Assembly (NCBI GenBank): GCA_026418175.1
Contig: JAOABX010000001.1
Coordinates: 68,957 to 132,956 of the forward strand
DNA from: Flavobacteriales bacterium
GTDB lineage: Bacteria > Bacteroidota > Bacteroidia > CAIKAF01
DNA: 64,000 nucleotides
Direction: 5' to 3'
Both the position numbers and the translations under genes were made by a program. The first letter of the stretch is position 1. Each line of letters opens with the position of its first letter. Shown here in pieces: positions 9,760 through 18,750 of this stretch. The notes below the pieces were generated by a model. That model saw nothing but the letters and a program-made list of their open reading frames with translations. It did no database searches and was not told where the DNA came from.

Positions 9760-10707
9760 ATGATGAATACCATTTTTCAAACCAATTTTCAGTTTCCGAG
9801 CCAAACCGGTATATATCATGGCAAGGTACGCGATGTTTATTCTATTGAGAAAGATTTGCTGGTAATGATCGCTACAGACCGTATATCTGCCTTCGATGTG
9901 GTGCTTCCCCGCCAGATTCCCTTCAAAGGGCAAGTGCTAAATAGTATTGCCACCACATTTTTAGAGCAAACACGGCATATTGTTCCTAACTGGTTTATTC
10001 GCTCTCCACATCCTAATGTAAGTATTGGTCATAAAGCAGTGCCATACAAAGTTGAAATGGTAATTCGGGGATATCTTACCGGACATGCCTGGCGTGAATA
10101 TAACAGTGGCAAGCGAATGCTTTGCGGGGTAGTGCTTCCCGAAGGAATGAAAGAAAATGACCCTTTCCCGGAACCTATCATTACGCCGGCTACCAAAGCT
10201 GATGAAGGACATGACATGGATATTTCCAGAGATGAAATCATCCGGCAGGGCATTGTGCCAGAAGCAGAGTATCTCCAATTGGAAGAATATACGCGTAAAC
10301 TCTATGCCTTTGGAGTAGAGTATGCAAGACAGCGAGGGCTTATATTGGTGGATACCAAATATGAGTTTGGAAAACGGAATGGTGAAATTATATTGATTGA
10401 CGAAGTACACACGCCCGATTCCTCCCGTTATTTTTATTTAGAAGGGTATGAAGAAAATCAAAAGAAAGGACTGCCACAAAAACAACTTTCCAAAGAATTT
10501 GTACGTCAATGGCTGATTGAAAATGGATTTCAGGGAAAAGAAGGACAAAAAATTCCTGAAATGACCGACGAATATGTAGAAACGGTAAGTCAGCGATACA
10601 TTCATTTGTATGAAATCATCACCGGAAAATCCTTTGTGGGAGAGCCAATAGATGGAGTTTTTGAAAAAACAGTGGCTGCACTTCGTGAAATTTCTGTTCA
10701 TGCCTGA
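9760..10707 (+). CDS. purC: Phosphoribosylaminoimidazole-succinocarboxamide (SAICAR) synthase
   Basis: 315-aa long-form SAICAR synthetase (GKVRDVY...ISAFDV). The start abuts the phoH stop. Confidence 0.9.
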   Translation: MMNTIFQTNFQFPSQTGIYHGKVRDVYSIEKDLLVMIATDRISAFDVVLPRQIPFKGQVLNSIATTFLEQTRHIVPNWFIRSPHPNVSIGHKAVPYKVEMVIRGYLTGHAWREYNSGKRMLCGVVLPEGMKENDPFPEPIITPATKADEGHDMDISRDEIIRQGIVPEAEYLQLEEYTRKLYAFGVEYARQRGLILVDTKYEFGKRNGEIILIDEVHTPDSSRYFYLEGYEENQKKGLPQKQLSKEFVRQWLIENGFQGKEGQKIPEMTDEYVETVSQRYIHLYEIITGKSFVGEPIDGVFEKTVAALREISVHA

Positions 10708-10740
10708 AATGAATAGCCTTCAATAGCGTTATCACAACAC

Positions 10741-11688
10741 ATGGAATCAATCAATTTACAGGAATTTAGCCGATTTACTCATTTTGAGTTGTTGGCACGC
10801 CAGGTGGTAGAAGGCTTTATTACCGGGTTGCATCGTAGCCCGTTTCATGGGTTTTCGGTAGAATTTGCCGAACACCGGCAATACAATACCGGCGAATCTA
10901 CCCGGCATATTGATTGGAAATTGTATGCCCGTACAGAAAAATTATTTGTAAAACGATATGAGGAAGAAACCAACCTGCGCTGTCATATCATATTAGATAA
11001 TTCTTCTTCCATGTATTTCCCGCTAAAAGAGGATTTACCTCAGGGAGCAAAAAATAAAATTTCATTTGCTGCGCTGAGTGCTGCTGCGCTGATTGAGATG
11101 ATGCGTCGTCAACGGGACGCATTTGGTATTTCCGTGTTTTCTGATAAAATAGATTTACATACCCCCGATAAATCAAATCCGGTTCACCAGAAATACATTT
11201 ACCATCAGCTAGAGCAATTAACCGATGTGCAAAATGCACGGTTGCAGAAAAAATCGGCAGTAGCAATGTTACTGCATCAGATTGCCGAAATGATTCACCG
11301 GCGATCCTTGGTAGTTATTTTCAGTGACATGTTTCAGAATATCGGAGCTGAAAGAGAGGCCGCCTTGGATGAAATATTCTCAGCATTGCAGCATCTGCGT
11401 CATAACAAACATGAGGTTTTGCTGTTTCATGTAGTGGATAAAAAATTGGAACTCCAGTTTGAATTTGAAGACCGGCCATATCGTTTTATTGATTTGGAGA
11501 CTGGCGAAGAATTAAAACTACATCCGTCAGAAATTCGTGAGGAGTATAAAAAATCACTGGAAAAGTTTGAGCAAAAGCTCAAATTACGTTCGGCTCAGTA
11601 TGGAATTGATTTTGTTGAGGCTGACATTAATCAGGGGTTTCATCAGGTTCTCTGGAATTACCTGGTAAAACGTAATCGGCAGTATTAA
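10741..11688 (+). CDS. DUF58 protein (vWA-like, MoxR-associated family)
   Basis: Conserved DUF58 N-terminal block EGFITGLHRSPFHGFSVEFAEHRQY..GE..RHIDWK. Confidence 0.75.
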   Translation: MESINLQEFSRFTHFELLARQVVEGFITGLHRSPFHGFSVEFAEHRQYNTGESTRHIDWKLYARTEKLFVKRYEEETNLRCHIILDNSSSMYFPLKEDLPQGAKNKISFAALSAAALIEMMRRQRDAFGISVFSDKIDLHTPDKSNPVHQKYIYHQLEQLTDVQNARLQKKSAVAMLLHQIAEMIHRRSLVVIFSDMFQNIGAEREAALDEIFSALQHLRHNKHEVLLFHVVDKKLELQFEFEDRPYRFIDLETGEELKLHPSEIREEYKKSLEKFEQKLKLRSAQYGIDFVEADINQGFHQVLWNYLVKRNRQY

Positions 11689-11780
11689 AAGGGTTACTCT
11701 ATCGTCAGCCTCTTAACTTAAGTGAGAGATCACTTTGCCCTACACTTTGTACCACTGCTATTCAGTTAGGATGATTAATA

Positions 11781-11820
11781 AAACAGCACACCCATAGTAG
11801 GGTGTGGCTGTTTTTAAAAA
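11781..11820. terminator. Bidirectional terminator
   Basis: Stem acagcacaccc/gggtgtg(g)ctgt followed by tttttaaaaa, between convergent genes. Confidence 0.5.
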
Positions 11821-11830
11821 AGAAAAATAA

Positions 11831-12841
11831 TTAATCCACTTTGGTCATGCGTTTGGTTTCAACGATTTGACCGTCCACAATCAGGCTGTAGTTGTACAGG
11901 CCGCTGCTCAGGTCATCGGCATACACCAACAATTTACCGTGCCCGTTTTCACGGATATCTACCATTTTAATTACCTGCCCTAGGTTGTTTGTAAATACCA
12001 ATTGGGCGCGTTGAACCCGTTCGGGCAAATACCAGGTAATAGTGGTTTGTTCCTTGAATGGGTTGGGAGCATTCTGATTCAGCACCACCATGTCTTCGTT
12101 ACGTAATCTCACTTCCAGGGAATATTCATGGTATATGGAAGGCATGGACGGGTTGTTGCCTTGAATCTGCATGGGTTGAGCAGCATTGCAGCAGTTGGTT
12201 ATCATCCCGGCAAGTAGTTGCAATTGTTGTTGCATGGATTGCATGAGCGAATCCTGATGGGCAATTTTTTGCTGCTGCTCCTGAAATGCTTTAATCAGCA
12301 GAGGAATGATTTCTACATAGTTGACACTTTTTACAGTTGCCGCCGGATGAATTACCTGTCCCAGCGAATCGTACACCGGAGCCACCCGGGTATTTTGTAC
12401 CAGTTCAGGAAAAACCTGTTCCACCTGTTGTGCTATCAGCCCGTAGTGGTTACCGGCACTAAGGTTTAGTTGTGGTACAGCCATGTTGGTGTATTGAAAT
12501 GAAATGGGTTGCAGTTGTTGTAATTGCTGAGCTACATGATTCAATGGTTGAACATTGGTTTTAACCACTTCGTCAGAAGGATTTGTAAAAGTGCCGGTTA
12601 CATGCACATCTCCTTCAAACCAACCGGCATAGCTGTTGCCCGGATCTGCTGGAGCAGTGGCATAAATACCATATTGCGTAGCACCGGTAACGGCATTGCT
12701 TGTAAATTTTCCTACAAAGTAAGTACTGGAGGTTGATAAACCACTGGCATTTCCTTCAATACCGGTAGTGGTATTATTACCCGCAAAACCTCCAAAAAAT
12801 CCGCCTCGCGGCTGTAACCCGTTGCTGGCAATTCCATACAC
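11831..12841 (-). CDS. C-terminal part of a tail-fibre-like secreted protein: peptidase-S74 intramolecular-chaperone domain plus T9SS C-terminal domain; continuation of the 12862..14907 reading frame
   Basis: S74 motif SDEVVKTNVQPLNHVAQQLQQLQPISFQYTN...HYGLIAQQVEQVFPELV. Terminal T9SS CTD (NAPNPFKEQTTITWYL...GLYNYSLIVDGQIVETKRM). No signal peptide, and the ORF uses a GTG start. Upstream the frame runs back to a stop at 12902..12904, so this is not an independent gene. Confidence 0.6.
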   Translation of the reverse strand: MYGIASNGLQPRGGFFGGFAGNNTTTGIEGNASGLSTSSTYFVGKFTSNAVTGATQYGIYATAPADPGNSYAGWFEGDVHVTGTFTNPSDEVVKTNVQPLNHVAQQLQQLQPISFQYTNMAVPQLNLSAGNHYGLIAQQVEQVFPELVQNTRVAPVYDSLGQVIHPAATVKSVNYVEIIPLLIKAFQEQQQKIAHQDSLMQSMQQQLQLLAGMITNCCNAAQPMQIQGNNPSMPSIYHEYSLEVRLRNEDMVVLNQNAPNPFKEQTTITWYLPERVQRAQLVFTNNLGQVIKMVDIRENGHGKLLVYADDLSSGLYNYSLIVDGQIVETKRMTKVD

Positions 12842-12861
12842 ACCAATATTATTACTAACGT

Positions 12862-14907
12862 TTACATTTGCTTTCGCCTCAAAAAACCTCCATAATTGAA
12901 ATTATCATTGATACCATTCCCGGTATTGGCCAACCCCATTACACCATAATTTACCACCCCTCCGTCTGAAGAAAAGTATCCACCGATATGAATGTTTTTA
13001 TTATCTGTTAAATCTACACCATCTGATGCACCAGCTACGCCAATGTAATAAAAAGGACCGTTTAATGCAGGCGAAGCAGAAGAATTTCTCCCTAATACAC
13101 CCACAGTATTATAGGCAACCGGTTGCCCGGGATCTTCCCACACACTGAGCTTTGCGGGTAAGTTAGATATACTATTCGGATACCCGATACCTATGGCATT
13201 TACTCCCTGCGTTGTGGCATTTTGACCCAAAAAATAAACGTTTTGGTTATTCATGGGAATTTCCCGGTAGTTGAGTAATTGTGCAGGATTTCCAGCTGCA
13301 TTAATATTTTGCCCAAACTGAACTGTATTTGCATTAAGCGGATCGGTGCTGCATCCGTTATTGGCATTGATGGCAGCGCCGGATAAATTATTCGCATCTC
13401 TCCAGTATAAGCGGCCATAATCATTGGGGTCTCTTACCAATACCTGATTGAGAGATTCGTTTTGCTGTACACTTCGGATACGGGCATCACCATCGATATC
13501 TAATGTAGCACCTACGTAGTTATTTGCATCAATAGGTATCCCCGTAAAATCACCAATACCCACAGAAGGTTTATTGATTACCTGTGGATTATTAACTAAA
13601 TTATTTGGGGTAAGCCGCATTACCTCAACTCCATTTGTACTTCTACTTTGTGTTGTACCAAAAGGATCGTTTATGCCAGAGGTAAATAAGAATCGTAAAT
13701 TGTCAGGGCCTTCTTGTAATAAAGGATTTTGCATGTTATCACCCCAGTTAATTACGGCATCGTACCGGTCGCCTTGGTTAATAGGATTATTGGAAGGTTC
13801 TCTTTTTAAACCAAAGTACATGTTATCGGTACCTTGAGAGATAAAAGTACCCACATCCATCCAGGGTCGCCATCCATTGAGTGGACTAATGGTGCCTGTG
13901 GTATTATATCCTAAATGAAGTAAGCTTAATGGTTGGGTTACCGGATTGGAAGGATTATGACTAATGCTTACACGTGTTACGTTAGCAGGCAATCCTGCCG
14001 GATTGTTTAGTCCCGGAGCACCGATCTGTGTTATTCGAATGCGTTCATTCGCTGCACCAGCTGCATTGGTTAAAATTCTAATATTACTGTTTTCCTGTTG
14101 CCGAATATGAACTTCATTGGTAGGGCCTGTTACCCCTATACGAAGGCCATCTGTTGTTGTAGTACCTGTTACATTATTCGAAATTTGAATAAAGTCATTA
14201 TCACCAAAAGCATTGTGCACATGCAGGTGGCTTTGTGGACCGGAAGTAAAGTTGATGAAATCACCAATACCTACATTTCGGTCTGGCCAAACCGACATCA
14301 TTTCCATATCACGATTTTGTGCAGCTACTACACCTGTTCCTATCACACCTATAGATGGAGTAAATATAAACCGCATACGGGTGGGAGTAGAGGCATTGAT
14401 ATTATCATCACCCCAATTTACCACAGCATCGGGCCGTTTAGTACCAGTAGAATCTACATGATACATTCCTACATACATATTATTACTCTGCTCGTTGATA
14501 TACACCCCGGTTTTCATCCAGGGGCGCCAGCCGGTACCGGAACCAAAGATGCCTTCCGGCCCGCGAATATGCAACATAGCCCTTGGCGAGCCGGTACGTA
14601 TTCCTACATATCCATTGGCATTCATGGGCATGAGTAACGGATAGTTGGCTGCACTAAATGCAAACAATCCCGGATTGCCTAAATACCCTGCATTGATAAG
14701 AGTATTCTCATTGATGCGCATGCGCTCGGTATTTGAGGTTTCAACCCTTACTGGTAAGTTGTTGTTAGTACCAAGAACATTATTTGTAGCATTTATACCT
14801 AAAGGTCCATTACCTCCAAGCAACCAGTTTTGGGAATTTGCTTGGAAAGTTGAAGCAGTTATAAGACCTACTATTAAAAAATTATATTTTATTTTCATTT
14901 TATTCAC
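12862..14907 (-). CDS. N-terminal part of the same tail-fibre-like secreted protein (signal peptide plus internally duplicated β-rich region); interrupted by a frameshift in a T6 run
   Basis: Signal peptide MNKMKIKYNFLIVGLITASTFQA. Internal duplication (GWRPWMKTGVYINEQSNNMY...AVVNWGDDN...RMRFIFT versus GWRPWMDVGTFISQGTDNMY...AVINWGDNM...NLRFLFT). The end ...NYGGF|LRRKQM* reads through in the +1 frame to FEAKANVNV...GVYGIASNG of the downstream ORF. Confidence 0.6.
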   Translation of the reverse strand: MNKMKIKYNFLIVGLITASTFQANSQNWLLGGNGPLGINATNNVLGTNNNLPVRVETSNTERMRINENTLINAGYLGNPGLFAFSAANYPLLMPMNANGYVGIRTGSPRAMLHIRGPEGIFGSGTGWRPWMKTGVYINEQSNNMYVGMYHVDSTGTKRPDAVVNWGDDNINASTPTRMRFIFTPSIGVIGTGVVAAQNRDMEMMSVWPDRNVGIGDFINFTSGPQSHLHVHNAFGDNDFIQISNNVTGTTTTDGLRIGVTGPTNEVHIRQQENSNIRILTNAAGAANERIRITQIGAPGLNNPAGLPANVTRVSISHNPSNPVTQPLSLLHLGYNTTGTISPLNGWRPWMDVGTFISQGTDNMYFGLKREPSNNPINQGDRYDAVINWGDNMQNPLLQEGPDNLRFLFTSGINDPFGTTQSRSTNGVEVMRLTPNNLVNNPQVINKPSVGIGDFTGIPIDANNYVGATLDIDGDARIRSVQQNESLNQVLVRDPNDYGRLYWRDANNLSGAAINANNGCSTDPLNANTVQFGQNINAAGNPAQLLNYREIPMNNQNVYFLGQNATTQGVNAIGIGYPNSISNLPAKLSVWEDPGQPVAYNTVGVLGRNSSASPALNGPFYYIGVAGASDGVDLTDNKNIHIGGYFSSDGGVVNYGVMGLANTGNGINDNFNYGGFLRRKQM

Positions 14908-14921
14908 TTTTTGATTTATAA

Positions 14922-15869
14922 CTAATCAAACATGTGAATAAACCCATTCTTAATTGATTCTTTCTTAGAATTACAAATTACATAGTAATAGATTCCATTA
15001 CTTGCTTTAATACCCGTGTCTGATAATTGACCGTTCCAATAGGTTTTATTAGAAGATAAAACTTGTACTATTTCACCCCATCTATTATATATGAGAACTT
15101 GATAATTGCTATTTTTTAGCCAATGAAAATCAATGCTATCATTTATTCCATCAGCATTGGGTGTAAATACATTCGCTGGTTTAAACTCACCAAAGTCAAT
15201 CATTGAAATAGAGTCAATAAAATAGTAACTTTGAAGATAAACGGAGCCATCATTTAAATTTAATATATCTGTATAAGAATCATCATAAAAATTACCAATA
15301 GTTAAGTATGAATATTTCTTATCAGCTAAATAGAACAAATCATACTTAGTCCAACCATTTTTATTAGTAAAATAGTTAGAGTCCTCAAAAATAATAGTTG
15401 GCTCAATATTTATAGTTTGAAAATCATTTTGTACAATAGGAAACTCTGATAATACCATATGGATTTGTTTGATTGCATAACTAAAGTTATCAGCCAAGCT
15501 GGTAAAAATTGATATTTTATAGATGTGTCCAATCTCTGTAGGTGTGGTAAATTTTGTTTGAATATATTCCCTATAGTTAACACCATCACCCAATAATCCA
15601 AATCCAATATAAGCATCACCATCAATTGGAAATTCATTACCGAATGTATTAAGTGGTATCATTATATCTGGATTTGTGGTACATATATTAAAATAATCGG
15701 ACGTACCATAGCTAGGTAGTCTCCAACCTATAATACTATCTATTTGACCAACAGATGTTGGGCATGAATAGTAATATTCAAAACTTCCATTTGGTATAAT
15801 ATTTACCTGGCTCGTAATTTTATTATACAAGAATAAAATGAGTATAATTAAAAGAATGGATTTATTCAA
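14922..15869 (-). CDS. Secreted protein with a type-B T9SS (gliding-motility-associated, CHU_C) C-terminal domain
   Basis: Signal peptide MNKSILLIILILFLY. C-terminus FTPNADGINDSIDFHWL...LIYNRWGEIV...WNGQ...NGIYYYVI matches the TIGR04131 type-B CTD. Base composition is well below the local average. Confidence 0.6.
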   Translation of the reverse strand: MNKSILLIILILFLYNKITSQVNIIPNGSFEYYYSCPTSVGQIDSIIGWRLPSYGTSDYFNICTTNPDIMIPLNTFGNEFPIDGDAYIGFGLLGDGVNYREYIQTKFTTPTEIGHIYKISIFTSLADNFSYAIKQIHMVLSEFPIVQNDFQTINIEPTIIFEDSNYFTNKNGWTKYDLFYLADKKYSYLTIGNFYDDSYTDILNLNDGSVYLQSYYFIDSISMIDFGEFKPANVFTPNADGINDSIDFHWLKNSNYQVLIYNRWGEIVQVLSSNKTYWNGQLSDTGIKASNGIYYYVICNSKKESIKNGFIHMFD

Positions 15870-16050
15870 TGTTTATCAATTTTGTTTCCCTTCCTCACTT
15901 TGGGGCAGAGGTTGGTTAACAAGCCCACCTGTTTAAGCCATGTGAAGTTTGGTGTAACCCAGTAAACCATATAACATGGGTTAAGCGAGGTTTTTATAGT
16001 TATTCATGGTTGTTCCCCACAGGGAACTTCAGGTAGGTGCTAAGATTTTA

Positions 16051-16060
16051 CCCCCCCCCC
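16051..16060. repeat. C10 homopolymer tract in an intergenic region
   Basis: Ten consecutive C residues, about 180 bp upstream of the start of the 14922..15869 gene. Confidence 0.9.
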
Positions 16061-16164
16061 TGTTAATTGTTTGATAATTAAATGAATGCATAATTTTATT
16101 GGGTTGCATGATGCAATTTATACAATGACGGGGAGATTGTCAAGAGGTGTTGGAAAAATTAACT

Positions 16165-16275
16165 TACAAATTCATGTAATTGCTATGCTCATTTATAAAC
16201 ACGGCATTCTGCATCCAGGGGCGCCAGCCGGTACCGGAACCAAAGATGCCTTCTGGCCCGCGAATATCTAGCATG
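16165..16275 (-). pseudogene. Diverged fragment of a paralogue of the tail-fibre-like gene
   Basis: 16211..16268 matches 14525..14580 (56/57 nt). The minus-strand translation MLDIRGPEGIFGSGTGWRPWMQNAVFINEHSNYMNL* aligns with MLHIRGPEGIFGSGTGWRPWMKTGVYINEQSNNMYV of the intact protein. Confidence 0.5.
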
Positions 16276-16381
16276 ATGCAGGTCAATCTGGTACTAATAC
16301 CTTTGTATTTATATTCAACAATAACTTAAAAGCAGAATTACGTGTTGGCGGTTTAACTTAAATTACTATTCAGCGTATTAA

Positions 16382-16846
16382 TCACCATCCGCTGAACTCC
16401 CCGGCAGTAACTACAATGCTGTCAGTTTCGGTAGAATTATATGCCACTCCTTGAAATGAGCCACGTATGCGACGAAGCGGACTTTGAGACCCTATTTCAG
16501 TAATGGTAATCGTACCGTGGCTGGCCGGATATCCTTCCCAAATTTTATATATTGTACCGTTTACACTAAAAATAAACTCACCTTCGCCTGCCCCTGCTCC
16601 AATGGATATGGGATAGGTGCCGCTGCCCGTTACGTTGGGTACAATGCCTGTTATCACAATCTGTGTAGAACTACCGGTTACAGTTGCAAAGTCATTTGAA
16701 TTGAGGTATGCAGCTACGTTTTCGGTGTTGTCTTCAAACAATTCTCCATCTAAGTAACAGCGAAGAAATTCTCCCTGATCAGATCCGGGATTGCAGGCCC
16801 AGGAAAACATTCCTAAAACCAACATACATAGGGTGGTTTTTTTCAT
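16382..16846 (-). CDS. Small lipoprotein of unknown function
   Basis: Start most likely at MKKTTLCMLVLGMFSWACNPG (lipobox). The six-frame ORF extends to 16897 but that would overlap the upstream terminator. Confidence 0.45.
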   Translation of the reverse strand: MKKTTLCMLVLGMFSWACNPGSDQGEFLRCYLDGELFEDNTENVAAYLNSNDFATVTGSSTQIVITGIVPNVTGSGTYPISIGAGAGEGEFIFSVNGTIYKIWEGYPASHGTITITEIGSQSPLRRIRGSFQGVAYNSTETDSIVVTAGEFSGW

Positions 16847-16859
16847 AAAAAAATATTTT

Positions 16860-16886
16860 GTGGATAAAAATAAAAAAACCCCGGTT
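16860..16886 (-). terminator. Rho-independent terminator of the DUF2795 gene
   Basis: Stem ccccgg/ccgggg with ttag loop, followed on the minus strand by a T7 run. Confidence 0.6.
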
Positions 16887-16902
16887 AGCCGGGGCAACTT
16901 TT

Positions 16903-17124
16903 TTAGTATTCGTCTTCATTAAAAAAGAAGTCATCCTTGGTCGGGTAATCCGGCCAAATGTCTTCAATGGATTCAAACGGTTCTCCATCGTCTTCCAGTT
17001 CCTGCAGGTTTTCAATTACTTCCATCGGGGCGCCGCTACGCATGGCAAAATCTATCAATTCATCTTTGGTAGCAGGCCATGGGGCATCTTCTAAGTATGA
17101 AGCTAATTCCAGTGTCCAGTACAT
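16903..17124 (-). CDS. DUF2795-family small acidic protein
   Basis: 73 aa: MYWTLELASYLEDAPWPATKDELIDFAMRSGAPMEVIENLQEL, the characteristic DUF2795 pattern. Confidence 0.75.
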   Translation of the reverse strand: MYWTLELASYLEDAPWPATKDELIDFAMRSGAPMEVIENLQELEDDGEPFESIEDIWPDYPTKDDFFFNEDEY

Positions 17125-17376
17125 AACTTTCCGGTTTTAGGGATTACAGTTTCACGTTAACGAATTATGCGCTTAAAAGTTTTCAAAAAATGTTTTTGCC
17201 TTTTAAGGGCTGCAAAAATATAGAAAATTGGTTGCGATAGGCAAATTCTAAAAAGATAAAGCTTATTTTTTTATTGAAAATCACCAATCAATTGATAATA
17301 AATAGTTTGCATATTAATTTTCATGTTTTTTATGGCATGGAATAAAAAAATAGTTTAGCCCGAAGCAGCATGATTA

Positions 17377-17931
17377 TTAATCTTTTTTACGAGGAATCCA
17401 AGGTATTTCTGAAACTCCGATATGCATGCCCAGGTAGCGTGCCAACATAAACAGGTAATCGCTTAAGCGATTGAGATAAATAATCAGCATACCGGATATT
17501 TCTTCCTGTTCTGCCAATTGAACGACCAGTCGTTCTGCTCTGCGGCAAACACAACGGGCAATGTGTGTCTGACTTACAATGGGATGTCCACCCGGAAGAA
17601 TAAAATTTTTTAGTTCAGGTAAACTAGTTTCCATGGCATCTATTTGTTCTTCCAATGCTGTGATATGTTGCTCTTCAATTTCAGGTACCCAGAGGTTTTT
17701 TTTGCCGGGTTCAGCGGCCAGCATAGCACCGATATTAAACAGGTGATGTTGAATTTGAAGTAATTCGTCTTTTTGTGGTTGAGGAATGGGTTGATCCCGT
17801 AAATAACCAATCCACGAATTTAGTTCATCAACTGTTCCGTATGCTTCAATGCGGGGATGGAATTTGGGGACGCGGGCTCCGCCAAACAAAGCCGTTGTGC
17901 CTTTATCGCCGGTTTTGGTGTAAATTTTCAT
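17377..17931 (-). CDS. PduO-type ATP:cob(I)alamin adenosyltransferase
   Basis: N-terminus MKIYTKTGDKGTTALFGG and overall length are typical of this family. Confidence 0.85.
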   Translation of the reverse strand: MKIYTKTGDKGTTALFGGARVPKFHPRIEAYGTVDELNSWIGYLRDQPIPQPQKDELLQIQHHLFNIGAMLAAEPGKKNLWVPEIEEQHITALEEQIDAMETSLPELKNFILPGGHPIVSQTHIARCVCRRAERLVVQLAEQEEISGMLIIYLNRLSDYLFMLARYLGMHIGVSEIPWIPRKKD

Positions 17932-17941
17932 AGGATTCAGG

Positions 17942-18667
17942 TTATTTTTGAGAACTTATAAAGTTCAAAAACGTTTTTTCGGGGTTGTTGGGTACATCAC
18001 TTTCAATTAGTCCGTCTCGCAGCCGAACTATACGGCTGGTGTGCTTGGCTATGTCTTCTTCGTGAGTAACTACAATAATGGTATTACCTCGTTGATGCAG
18101 CTCGTCAAATAGAGCCATAATTTCATAACTGGTTTTAGTGTCTAAGTTTCCAGTAGGTTCATCAGCCAGCAAAATGGTGGGATTATTGACTAGTGCCCGG
18201 GCTACTGCCACACGCTGTCGTTGTCCCCCCGACAGCTCATTGGGTTTGTGCTTCATCCGGTCGCCCAATCCTACCTGCTCTAATACTTCTTTAGCCCTCC
18301 GGATACGATCAGCTTTGCTGTATCCGGCATATACCAGTGGCAATGCTACATTTTCAAGTGCGGTGTATCGGGGAAGCAGGTTAAAGGTTTGAAAAATGAA
18401 TCCAATTTCTTTGTTTCTAACCCCGGCCAATTCCCGGTCATTCATTTTACTTACATCAGTACCGTTCAGATAGTATTGGCCGCCGGTAGGCGTATCCAAA
18501 CACCCAATGATATTCATAAATGTTGATTTGCCGGAGCCAGAAGGCCCCATAAATGCCACGTATTCATTTTTCATTACACTGATGGAAATTCCTTTCAGTA
18601 CTTTTATAACCTCCTTGCCCATGACAAAGTCACGAGTAATATTTACTGTACGGATTACCTCCTGCAT
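17942..18667 (-). CDS. ABC transporter ATP-binding protein (MacB/LolD/FtsE-like)
   Basis: Walker [10 protein letters not shown], signature [15 protein letters not shown], Walker [13 protein letters not shown]. Confidence 0.85.
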   Translation of the reverse strand: MQEVIRTVNITRDFVMGKEVIKVLKGISISVMKNEYVAFMGPSGSGKSTFMNIIGCLDTPTGGQYYLNGTDVSKMNDRELAGVRNKEIGFIFQTFNLLPRYTALENVALPLVYAGYSKADRIRRAKEVLEQVGLGDRMKHKPNELSGGQRQRVAVARALVNNPTILLADEPTGNLDTKTSYEIMALFDELHQRGNTIIVVTHEEDIAKHTSRIVRLRDGLIESDVPNNPEKTFLNFISSQK

Positions 18668-18750
18668 ATACCACTAAGTTTTTACAATGTTAATCAATCC
18701 CCTTATTATTCAACAGCAATCTCTGATTAAAGTTTGTTAACCTAAGAGGT

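Noticed and set aside
14098-14637. 179-aa plus-strand ORF, with other antisense ORFs of 60-110 aa, inside the large minus-strand tail-fibre-like gene
   Set aside because: It is fully embedded antisense within a well-supported CDS, its composition is low-complexity, and there is no start context. Treated as a spurious shadow ORF.
16086-16271. 61-aa plus-strand ORF ending ...HPGAPAGTGTKDAFWPANI
   Set aside because: It is the antisense strand of the orphan gene fragment. The similarity to 14098..14637 simply reflects the duplicated DNA, and the real signal is the minus-strand fragment.
16382-16897. Upstream extension of the lipoprotein ORF (MPRLTGVFLFLSTKYFF...)
   Set aside because: The extension would overlap the strong terminator hairpin at 16860..16886. 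The internal MKKTT start with a lipobox is much more plausible.
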